Shown in pieces: positions 39,921-49,062 of a stretch of 64,000 nucleotides of DNA. Positions within the stretch are counted from its first letter, which is position 1. Every line of letters starts with the position of its first letter. Made by a program: the position numbers and the translations under genes. Under the pieces are notes generated by a model. The model was not told the DNA's origin, did no database searches, and saw only the letters and a list, made by a program, of their open reading frames with translations. Source of the DNA: an uncultured Spirochaetota bacterium (GTDB taxonomy: Bacteria > Spirochaetota > UBA4802 > UBA5550); contig CAWHAA010000006.1 of assembly GCA_963827275.1 (NCBI GenBank), positions 128,001 to 192,000 of the forward strand. Direction: 5' to 3'.

Positions 39921-42853
39921 AAAAACCGGACCGCCGTGAAACAAAGTTCGCTCGGCTGACACACATGAGAGAAATGATACGCAATACTTATAACCATGGA
40001 CACACGCTGAAAATTACCGCCTGCGTTCTCCTGGCCGTTTTACTCGCACTCAGTTCGCGGCAGGACCTCTTCGCCGCGGGCGATTCGAGGGCCCTCTATG
40101 ACCAGGGAATGGAGGCCTTTTCAAAGGGCAATTACGGATCAGCGGAATTGCTGTTCAGGAAAATCGTGGACTCCGGCGAGCAGGAATATTACGACCGCGC
40201 CTGGTTCTTCATGGCCAGGTCAATCTTCAACAAGAAGAAGTATGAGGCAGCGCTGTTTGAGTTCAAAAGCTTTTTGAACCGGTGCAGGACCGACCATCTC
40301 GCGGTGGAATCGCGGTACTGGATGGGAGAGTGCTATTTCAATATCAGCGACTATCCGAATGCGATAGAGGAATTCCGCCGCTTCATCACGAGGACCGCTG
40401 CGGGGGACCTTGTCCCACGGGCGCATGACCGCATCGCAACAATTTATTTCACGCAAAAGAGGTATGACGAGGCGGTGATCGAATGGGAGGCCGCAAGGGC
40501 AAAGAGCACTGACCGCCAGATGAATGCGACGAGTCAGTACCGGATCGGTGAGGCACTGTTTATGTCCGGGAGGCACGAGGAGGCGATAAAAAACCTGACG
40601 CCCCTCCTGGGGCAGCAGTCGGACCCCGGGAACGACGCCATGACCCGCATGATGCTCGGCAGGATCCATCAGAAAAAGGGCGAGCATGTTAAGGCCCTCC
40701 AGATGTTCAACGCCATCCCTGCCGGGCTGGCGGCGCAGAAGCCGTTCGCGGATTCGCAGTATTTCAAGGCGGTATCAAGCGAAAAATTAAAACAGGCGGC
40801 CCAGGCGCAGGCGCTGCTCGAATCGTTCACGGCGACAGCAAAAGACTCCCGATGGTATTACAACGGGCTCTACCGGCTCGGGGTGCTCCTCCTGCGGGGC
40901 CAGGACCGGGAGCGGGGGATAGGGTTCCTGGAGCAGGTACGGGCCGGGTCAGACAAGGCGTATCTGAGAACAAACGCTTCAATAGTGCTGGGCGATTATT
41001 ACGCTGCGGGGAGCCCGGAAAAGGCGATCCCCTTCCTTGATGAAGCGATTCTGAAAGCCGGGCCCGGCAAAAAAAACCGGCTCATGGTGCTGCTCGGAAA
41101 GACATGCCTCCGGGTCAAAAAATATGACAGGGCGGTTGAAGTGTTCAATCTCTACCTGAAGGAAAACCCGTTCGACGCCAACCGCGACGAGATTAATTTT
41201 TTAAGGGCGCGTGCCTACCTTGAGATGGGCGAGATCTCGAAGGCTGATGAAATATTTGAATCGATTAAAAAGGATAATCCCTTCTCACGTTTCAATTCGG
41301 AATCAAATTACTACCTCGCGCTTGTCCATGAAAAAAAGGGGAATACAGCCAGAGCGATCTCGCTTTTAAAGGAATACGTCGGCCGTAAAAATGTCGAGCA
41401 ATCATACGATGCATACCTCCTGCTCATGCAGATATACCTGGCCGGCAGTGATCTTGACGGCGCGGGCAGGGCTGCTGACATTCTGGCAAAGAATTACCTG
41501 AACCGCAAGGATGTGGAAATAGCGCTCTATCAATATACCACAGCATGCATGAAAAAGGGCAGGGACGCACGCAGGTTCGTAAACATCATCATGAACAGGT
41601 TCGGCACCACCGAGAGCGCGGCTGAACTGAGCTATGATCTGGGCAATGATAATTTCGGGAAAAACAATTTTGCCTACGCCATCATATATTACGACAGGTA
41701 TCTGAAGAGCCTCTACACGAAAAACAGCGGAGGGGCCTACTACAAGAAGATCGTTTCCCTGTACAGGCTCAAGAGATATGAAGAGATAATAACCATCATC
41801 GCCAGGGGACAGTTCCCCTCCATGAACGAGGTTCAATGGAAGGAGATTCCGCTCCTCCATGCGCGGTCGTATTATCACCTGAACAGGTATGACAAGGTAT
41901 ATATGACTCTCGACAAACGCAATGTCCGCGAGTATCCACGGGACGATGTCCTCATGTATGTTCGATGCGCCCTCAGCGTCGGCGACTATCGCTCGGCGAT
42001 CGAGGCCAGCGAGTTCCTTGAATCGGACAGGAATTATCTGGCGGAGTCGTTGTACCTGATAGGGGACCATCTCCTCCGCAAGGAAAAGAAAGAAGAGGCC
42101 GACCTGTATTTCCTGAAGATCATCAATGACTGTCCCGGGACCAGGTTCGTAAGCCACGCAAAATTATCACTGGGAGAGATCGCCCTCAACGCCGGCAGGC
42201 TTCGGGATGCTGCGGATGCCATTTCGGCGGTGGACCCCGCCGGAGACGGGGATGTTCAGAACAGGAAGGATTCCCTCCTGATACTCTGCTATTTCGAAAT
42301 GGGATCAACCGATGCGGCCGTCTCCCATACCGAAGCGCACCTTGGCGGCCTCCTGTCCGGTACATACGGCGAGCAGGTGATGCAGCGCATGCTCTGGTAT
42401 TATTATAAAAAAAAGGATTTACAGCAGTTCGGACGCTATGCTACCTTTCTCAAGCGGTATCCCGGCAACGAGCCGCTTATCGCATGCCTTTCCGGCAGGA
42501 TACAGTTTCACACGGGCAATTACCGCGCATCATACAATTACTTTCTGGCGCTTTCCCGGATGAAGGGCGAGTATGCGAGGGAGTCATGGTATCATCTCGG
42601 GATGTATGCGATGCTGGCGGCGGGGAACCCGGCTGGCGGACTCGACTACTTCACGAAGGTCATTGATGCGCGTGAAGGCAGGGAATCCCTGACGCGGAAG
42701 GCGCTTATACAGTCCGCCATCATATATCATGAAATGAAAAATGATATAAAGGCCAGGGAATGCCTCGAACGCGTCATGTCATCGTCGGGGCAGGGGCTCA
42801 TATACATGCAGGCGCGGAACCTGTATGAAGCATTCGGGTACGGAGTGAAATAA
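39917..42853 (+). CDS. Large exported tetratricopeptide-repeat protein
   Basis: Signal-like hydrophobic stretch, then many TPR-like helical repeats (YWMGECYF, YRIGEALF, YYLALVH). Confidence 0.85.
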   Translation: MKKPDRRETKFARLTHMREMIRNTYNHGHTLKITACVLLAVLLALSSRQDLFAAGDSRALYDQGMEAFSKGNYGSAELLFRKIVDSGEQEYYDRAWFFMARSIFNKKKYEAALFEFKSFLNRCRTDHLAVESRYWMGECYFNISDYPNAIEEFRRFITRTAAGDLVPRAHDRIATIYFTQKRYDEAVIEWEAARAKSTDRQMNATSQYRIGEALFMSGRHEEAIKNLTPLLGQQSDPGNDAMTRMMLGRIHQKKGEHVKALQMFNAIPAGLAAQKPFADSQYFKAVSSEKLKQAAQAQALLESFTATAKDSRWYYNGLYRLGVLLLRGQDRERGIGFLEQVRAGSDKAYLRTNASIVLGDYYAAGSPEKAIPFLDEAILKAGPGKKNRLMVLLGKTCLRVKKYDRAVEVFNLYLKENPFDANRDEINFLRARAYLEMGEISKADEIFESIKKDNPFSRFNSESNYYLALVHEKKGNTARAISLLKEYVGRKNVEQSYDAYLLLMQIYLAGSDLDGAGRAADILAKNYLNRKDVEIALYQYTTACMKKGRDARRFVNIIMNRFGTTESAAELSYDLGNDNFGKNNFAYAIIYYDRYLKSLYTKNSGGAYYKKIVSLYRLKRYEEIITIIARGQFPSMNEVQWKEIPLLHARSYYHLNRYDKVYMTLDKRNVREYPRDDVLMYVRCALSVGDYRSAIEASEFLESDRNYLAESLYLIGDHLLRKEKKEEADLYFLKIINDCPGTRFVSHAKLSLGEIALNAGRLRDAADAISAVDPAGDGDVQNRKDSLLILCYFEMGSTDAAVSHTEAHLGGLLSGTYGEQVMQRMLWYYYKKKDLQQFGRYATFLKRYPGNEPLIACLSGRIQFHTGNYRASYNYFLALSRMKGEYARESWYHLGMYAMLAAGNPAGGLDYFTKVIDAREGRESLTRKALIQSAIIYHEMKNDIKARECLERVMSSSGQGLIYMQARNLYEAFGYGVK

Positions 42854-42890
42854 CTCCCCGTCCCGGCATCCAGATTTCAGGAGGAACGTC

Positions 42891-43346
42891 ATGGGGAAGA
42901 GGAAAAAAATACTCATCATAAGCGGTCCAAATCTCAATCTCCTGGGGACGAGAGAGCCTGAAATATACGGGTCGAGGACGCTCGGCGATATGGAAGAGCA
43001 GGCGCGTGCCTATGCCCGCAGCCATGACATTGATATCGATTTTTTCCAGTCCAACGTAGAAGGCGATATCATCAATTATATCCACGGGAACCGCGCCGCT
43101 GACGGGATTGTGATAAACCCGGCGGCGTTCACTCATACCTCGATAGCGATCCGTGACGCGATAACAACGGTTGGCGTCCCCGCGGTCGAGGTACACCTTT
43201 CGAATATCCATGCACGCGAGGAGTTCCGGCGGGTATCGCTTACCGCCCCCGTGTGCGTCGGCCAGATATCCGGGTTCGGCATAGATTCATACGTGCTGGG
43301 CCTGGAAGCGATGGATCATTATCTTGCAGAGAAAAAACAGGGGTGA
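42891..43346 (+). CDS. aroQ: Type II 3-dehydroquinate dehydratase
   Basis: GPNLNLLGTREPEIYG, QSNVEG, INPAAFTHTS, EVHLSNIHAREEFR. Confidence 0.97.
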   Translation: MGKRKKILIISGPNLNLLGTREPEIYGSRTLGDMEEQARAYARSHDIDIDFFQSNVEGDIINYIHGNRAADGIVINPAAFTHTSIAIRDAITTVGVPAVEVHLSNIHAREEFRRVSLTAPVCVGQISGFGIDSYVLGLEAMDHYLAEKKQG

Positions 43347-43378
43347 TGGCATCACGGGGACGATGCCATGGCGGGCCA

Positions 43379-43792
43379 TCAGTGCCGCATGGAATTTTTT
43401 CCGTCCGATTCAATTTGATGCCGCTGTATGGCGGTAGAGATAATCGAATCGAGATCGCCCTGCTTAATGGGCTTGAGAAGATACCCGTAGTGCTTTAACT
43501 TGTCCGCCCGTTTGATCGTCGTCGTGTCAGCGTTTGCGGTGAGGAAGATGACCGGAACATCGAGCTGGCGTTCGATAAGCGCTGTGGCTTCTATCCCGTC
43601 CATGTCATTTGAGAGGAATATGTCCATTATGATGAGGTCGGGCTTGATCTGATGGACCCTTTCCACTGCTTCTTCGCCTGAAGAAATGGTTGCAGCCACG
43701 GTATATCCGACTTTTTCAAGCATCCGCTGGATATCAAGCGCGGTGATCAGCTCATCTTCAACAAGCATGATATGGTGCTTTACGGAATTCAC
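43379..43792 (-). CDS. Single-domain response regulator
   Basis: LVEDE, DLIIMDI, FLTA, LLKP receiver motifs. Confidence 0.92.
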   Translation of the reverse strand: MNSVKHHIMLVEDELITALDIQRMLEKVGYTVAATISSGEEAVERVHQIKPDLIIMDIFLSNDMDGIEATALIERQLDVPVIFLTANADTTTIKRADKLKHYGYLLKPIKQGDLDSIISTAIQRHQIESDGKNSMRH

Positions 43793-44055
43793 AACATATA
43801 CCTTTTATTAATATACTGCCATACAATAAATTTTCAAATGATAATCGCTATATAAACTCTAAGAAAAAGAGTGATCGAATACTATTTCATATGGCCATAT
43901 CATTATACGCTGACTATTAAAAATAAACTATTTTTAACAGTTAAGCCGTTATTTCCCTGCCTTGGAGAATGTCATCGATAAAGTGAATTGTATGAAATAT
44001 ACAATAGCTGTATTATTAATCAAGCTTTTTTTACACTGAAAGCTTGTCCATCGTT

Positions 44056-45898
44056 CTATTCGACAGTGACGCTCTTTGCAAGGTTGCGCGGCTGGTCGAC
44101 ATCACATCCCCGCAACACGGCGATATGATACGCAAGGAGCTGCAGCGGTATTACTGTCAGCAGCGGTGAGAGGAGCTTCCGTACCTCCGGTATATAGATA
44201 ATATGGTCGCTGTAGCGTTTTATCTCTTCGTCGCCTTTTGTCGCTATGGCGATGATCCTGCCGCCCCGTGCTTTCACTTCCTCCATGTTGCTGATGATCT
44301 TGTCATAGGTGAAGTCTTTCGGCGCAATGAAACACAACGGGCATGCTCTCATCTATGAGGGCGATTGGACCGTGCTTCATCTCGGCGGCCGGGTATCCCT
44401 CGGCGTGGATGTATGATATCTCCTTGAGCTTCAGTGCGCCCTCGAGCGCCACGGGAAAGTTTACACCGCGCCCCAGGTAGAGAAAATTCTTGTTGTCCTT
44501 GTGGATTTCGGCGATATGCCGGATATCATCGTTGCACTTCAAGACCTCGCTGACCTTCAGGGGCATCTCGTGCAGGTGCTCTATGTAGATGCGCGACTCC
44601 TCCGCGTTCATGTCATGGCGGCGCGCCAGCATGAGGGCGATCATGATGAGTACGGTGACCTGCGAGGTGAATGCCTTGGTGGACGCGACGCCGATTTCGG
44701 GGCCGGCGTGTATGTATATCCCCCCGTCGCTTTCCCGGGCGATGGTGCTGCCGACCACGTTGGTTATTCCCAGGACCTTTATGCCTTTTGATTTCGCTTC
44801 ACGAAGCGCCGCAAGCGTGTCCGCTGTCTCGCCGGACTGGCTGATGACGATGACAAGGTCACCCTTCTTTAAAATCGGCTTGCGATAGCGGAACTCGGAG
44901 GCGTATTCGACTTCCACCGGTATGCGGGCGTACTCTTCGATGAGGTACTCGCCGATAAGCCCTGCGTGCCATGATGTCCCGCAGGCGATGAAGATGACCC
45001 TCCGGATGTCGTTCAGGTCCTCTTCGGTGAGCCGGAGACCGTCAAGCCTGATGGTGCCGCTGTCTCTCACGGCGCGCCCCCGGAAGGCATTGTGTATCGT
45101 CTCGGGCTGTTCGAATATCTCCTTCATCATGAAGTGGTCAAAGCCGCTTTTCTCGATCGACGCGATGTCCCAATCGATGTCTTCCACGATTTTGTCGATT
45201 TTTTTCAGGTCGAGGTCGTAGGTTTTGAAGCCGTCCTTGTTGACATCGACTATCTCGCCGTCTTCGAGGTATATGACCTTGCTGGTGTGCTCGATGATGG
45301 CGCTCGCGTCCGAGGCGATGATCATCTCGCCGTCACCGGCGCCGAGTATGAGAGGGCTCCCGTTGCGGGCCGCGATGATACGGCCCGGCTCGCTCCTTGA
45401 TATAATGCAGAGCCCGTAGGTGCCTTCCAGCTCCGCCACGGTCTTCATGACCGCGTTCAGAAGGTCGCGGCTCTTTTCATAATAATATTCGACAAGGTGC
45501 GCGATCATTTCCGTGTCGGTTTCGCTCCGGATATGATGCCCTTTTTCGATAAGCATTTTTTTCAGCGTTGCGTAGTTCTCGATAATTCCATTGTGCACCA
45601 CGGCGATTTCATCATGGCAATCCATGTGCGGATGGGCGTTGATGTCGGACGGGGCGCCGTGGGTGGCCCAGCGGGTATGTCCGATGCCTGCGTGATAGGT
45701 ATTGATGTCCTCATGGGTGACGCTCCTGAGGGACTTTTCGAGGACCGAGATTTTGCCGCTCTTTTTGTGGACGAACATGGTCTCGCCTGAGAGGGCAATG
45801 CCGGCGGAATCGTATCCCCGGTACTCAAGGCGCTTCAGCCCGCTCATGATGATGTCAACAGCATTTTTATGGCCCGCATAACCGACAATGCCGCACAT
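44056..45898 (-). pseudogene. glmS: Glutamine--fructose-6-phosphate aminotransferase, split by a +1 frameshift at about 44330-44332 (possibly an assembly error)
   Basis: Starts MCGIVG at 45898; HTRWATHG, SQSGET, VASTKAF, ALKLKE, HGPIAL in one frame; the C-terminus ...DQPRNLAKSVTVE is in another; removing one base restores a 613-aa ORF. Confidence 0.92.
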
Positions 45899-46176
45899 AG
45901 GTACGAACCTCCGGAGATCAAGGGGAATTGGCACAACAATTGTCAGCGCCGGTATAAAGTCAAGTGCTAATCGTATTTTAGATTACGTGCATGTTAACTT
46001 ATACCTGCTCGATGCGTGGCAAATAATTATTATAATCCCCCTATGGACCGATAATATAAACGGATAAAACCAAGAGCATATCCGGAATTATAGTGCTCCA
46101 TTATGACATTTTTTTGCATGAAAAAAGCCAATTTTGACTATATTGATTATACAAAATCTGATAGTGTGCCTCTGAT

Positions 46177-49062
46177 ATGAATTCAACTGGAGCAAATCCA
46201 CGCCGGAGACTCATCCTGGAGCGGCTTACCCCGACCGGTCCCTCGCGGAAAGGCATGTACGTCTCGGACGGTGCGGCCATAAATCTGAAACAGGACGGCA
46301 TAGCGGCCGTCTTCATAATTTCGTCTGAAATTGCCGACCTCGACGCATACCTGGAGCTTTTAAATCATTACCGGAAAGAAGGCTTCCGCGTCAGGAACAT
46401 ACACCTTGATAATATTGAAGATACCGCCATCCCGGCGGTGAAGGACATCGTGGAGGAGATCAGCGCGGCCTTTGACAGGGAAAGCTGCCTCATACTGTCG
46501 TACGGCAGGAGCCTTGCGCCGATGGTTGTCGCCTGTTACCATGTCTATTCCGGCGCGTCCCCCTCCAGGGCGATCAGCCGCCTCAGGAAAATTGACGAGG
46601 CGCATATCAGGAACACGGATGAGATCGCGTTCATCTACAAATTCAAGCGCTTCCTTGATACCGTGCAGGGCGTGAACGAGGATGATTATATATTGCAGCC
46701 CATAATCGTTGGTGATTATCCCGGCGCCGCAGCTCCTGCTCCGCCAGGCAAACCGGGGATAATCATTTCACGTCCCGCGCGGGATGACGCCATGAAGGCG
46801 GCCCCGCCGTCAACGGAACGCGGGCAGGGCGCGGGACAGGCCGAGGCAGATGACAAAAAAGCCTCACCGATGCAGGCAGACTCCCGGCCGGCGGGCCTCC
46901 CGGCAGCCGATGAGGTTTCTGCGGCGCCGCTTGTGAACCGGAGCGGACTTCCCTTGCATCATATGTCTCCCGCCGCAGGTATGAGGATCGACCTCGATCT
47001 CCTTGAAGACGAATTCATGAAATCGTCCGGCACGGCGGCGGGGCCGGTTGAGACAGAGGCGGTCCCGGAAAATCAAAGCGTGCCGCGTGAAGACATTCCG
47101 CCATTGCCGCCGGCCGGGAAGCAACATCCTGCGAAACCGGTGCGCGTCAATGAACAGGTGAACGATAAAAAACCGGCGCATGCCGCCCTCCCGGTCTTTT
47201 TGCGGCCGAAGCTCGGCGTCTACTCAATACGGTTCAAGCTTGTCTCGATAATATCGGCGGTGATCGTTATCGCCCTCAGCGGGATGATTTTCCTCGCGAC
47301 CTACTTCTTCAAGCAGGACAATGAGCTCCGCGCCTGGGAAAGCAACCAGAAGTTTGCCGAGGTCACCTCGATGAAGGTGAAGTCGGATTTTCTCGCCATC
47401 ATCGAGCGGGCGCGGATCATCCCCGGCATAATCGGGAAGATATCCGCGGATGAGCGGGCGGCCCTGTGGGAAAATGACGAGGACTTTCTCTTTATCGGCA
47501 TCGCCGCGCAGACCGGGGCCGCCGGCAGGCCCCGGTTCGTAACCACCCTCTACAATCAGTCACTCATGGGCAAGAGCGGCGTCACCGCGGCCGATATCAT
47601 GAAGTCAAATGACCTGTTCGGCAACGTATTCTCCTCATCGTTCAATGGCGAGATCGCGGTGCACAACGTGTCGCAGGGGTTCAGGATGCCGGTCACGGGC
47701 TTCAGCCTCCCGCTCTCCCGGGACGCCCGCGGCGTGTCTGACCGGATCCTGGTCTGCTATATCCGCCTCGACCGCCTCCTCAAGGCGTTCAGGACCTCAG
47801 GGATCATCAATGTCTTCATGGTGAATGACAGGGGCGACATCATTGCCCATCCCGACGGCTCGATGATCATATCGGGCGGGAATTACATCAACCTGCCAAT
47901 TGTCAGGTTCATGATGAAGAGCCCCCTTGACAACGGCCAGCTGCGGTACGAAGACGATAAAGGCGTCGCGATGCTCGGATCATTCAAAAAGACCGGCATC
48001 GGCGGCTGCGGCGTCATCGCGACAGTGGATGAGTCGCGCGCGTACGAGCAGGTATACCGGATCCAGCGCTGGAATTTATACCTGCTCGTCATCGTCCTTA
48101 CGATCTCGATACTTGTCATATACGTGTTCGGCACCACGATCGCCACGCCGATCAAGCGCCTTGTCTCGGCGACGATGAAAATAAAGGAAGGGCATTACGG
48201 CGTTGATATAGTTCCGACCACCAGGGACGAAATCGGCCTCCTGACCGGGTCCTTCATCGAGATGAGCCAGGGCCTTGAAGAACGCGAGAAGATGAAAGAG
48301 GCCTTCGGCAAGTTCGTGAACAAGGACATCGCCGAGCGCGTGCTCCGGGGAGAGATCGCCCTTGGCGGCGAGCGGAAGGAAGTGGCGATATTCTTTTCTG
48401 ACATACGAAATTTTACGGCGATGTCTGAAAAACTCCAGCCGGAGGAGGTCGTCGAGTTTCTCAATGACTACATGACGCGCATGGTGAATTGCGTCAATGA
48501 GACCGGCGGGGTCGTTGACAAGTATATCGGCGATGCGATCATGGCGGTCTGGGGCGCGCCGGTATCCACCGGCAATGACACGGGAAACGCCATCAACGCA
48601 TCCCTGGCGATGCGCGGCGAGCTAATTAAATTCAACCAGGGACGCGGGGGAGACAAGAAGCCCATTATCAAGATCGGGTGCGGCATAAACACCGGACCGG
48701 TGCTTGCCGGCCAGATCGGCTCGGAAGAGCGGATGGAGTACACCGTCATCGGGGACCCGGTCAACCTCGCTTCGCGCATAGAAACCCTGAACAAGCCGTT
48801 CGGGACGGATATACTCATCTCGGAGGATTCATTCCAGCTCGTGAAGGGCCTCTACCGCGCAGTCCCCATGCAAAAGATCACCGTGAAGGGAAAGAAGGCC
48901 CCGCAGCAGATTTATGCCGTCCTCGGGAGGCTCGACGACCCGTCAGCGCCGCAAACAATAGAAGAATTGCGGATAATCCTGGGGACGAAGGAGCAGCCGT
49001 TCCGCCGCAGGCGTGACGATCAGCTCGAGGAAGAAGTTAAGTATGAAATTCACGAGGGGTGA
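46177..49062 (+). CDS. Class III adenylate cyclase: N-terminal phosphatase-like domain, Pro/Ala linker, TM-Cache-TM, HAMP, catalytic domain
   Basis: FMVNDRGDIIAHPD (Cache), TRDEIGLL (HAMP), FSDIRNFT, DKYIGD, EYTVIGDPVNLASRIE. Confidence 0.9.
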   Translation: MNSTGANPRRRLILERLTPTGPSRKGMYVSDGAAINLKQDGIAAVFIISSEIADLDAYLELLNHYRKEGFRVRNIHLDNIEDTAIPAVKDIVEEISAAFDRESCLILSYGRSLAPMVVACYHVYSGASPSRAISRLRKIDEAHIRNTDEIAFIYKFKRFLDTVQGVNEDDYILQPIIVGDYPGAAAPAPPGKPGIIISRPARDDAMKAAPPSTERGQGAGQAEADDKKASPMQADSRPAGLPAADEVSAAPLVNRSGLPLHHMSPAAGMRIDLDLLEDEFMKSSGTAAGPVETEAVPENQSVPREDIPPLPPAGKQHPAKPVRVNEQVNDKKPAHAALPVFLRPKLGVYSIRFKLVSIISAVIVIALSGMIFLATYFFKQDNELRAWESNQKFAEVTSMKVKSDFLAIIERARIIPGIIGKISADERAALWENDEDFLFIGIAAQTGAAGRPRFVTTLYNQSLMGKSGVTAADIMKSNDLFGNVFSSSFNGEIAVHNVSQGFRMPVTGFSLPLSRDARGVSDRILVCYIRLDRLLKAFRTSGIINVFMVNDRGDIIAHPDGSMIISGGNYINLPIVRFMMKSPLDNGQLRYEDDKGVAMLGSFKKTGIGGCGVIATVDESRAYEQVYRIQRWNLYLLVIVLTISILVIYVFGTTIATPIKRLVSATMKIKEGHYGVDIVPTTRDEIGLLTGSFIEMSQGLEEREKMKEAFGKFVNKDIAERVLRGEIALGGERKEVAIFFSDIRNFTAMSEKLQPEEVVEFLNDYMTRMVNCVNETGGVVDKYIGDAIMAVWGAPVSTGNDTGNAINASLAMRGELIKFNQGRGGDKKPIIKIGCGINTGPVLAGQIGSEERMEYTVIGDPVNLASRIETLNKPFGTDILISEDSFQLVKGLYRAVPMQKITVKGKKAPQQIYAVLGRLDDPSAPQTIEELRIILGTKEQPFRRRRDDQLEEEVKYEIHEG

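Noticed and set aside
44056..44352. 98-aa ORF as a separate gene
   Set aside because: It is the frameshifted C-terminus of glmS
45899..46176. Possible glmS ribozyme upstream of glmS
   Set aside because: The AGCGCC seen is on the wrong strand and no downstream GACGAGG core is visible on the glmS strand
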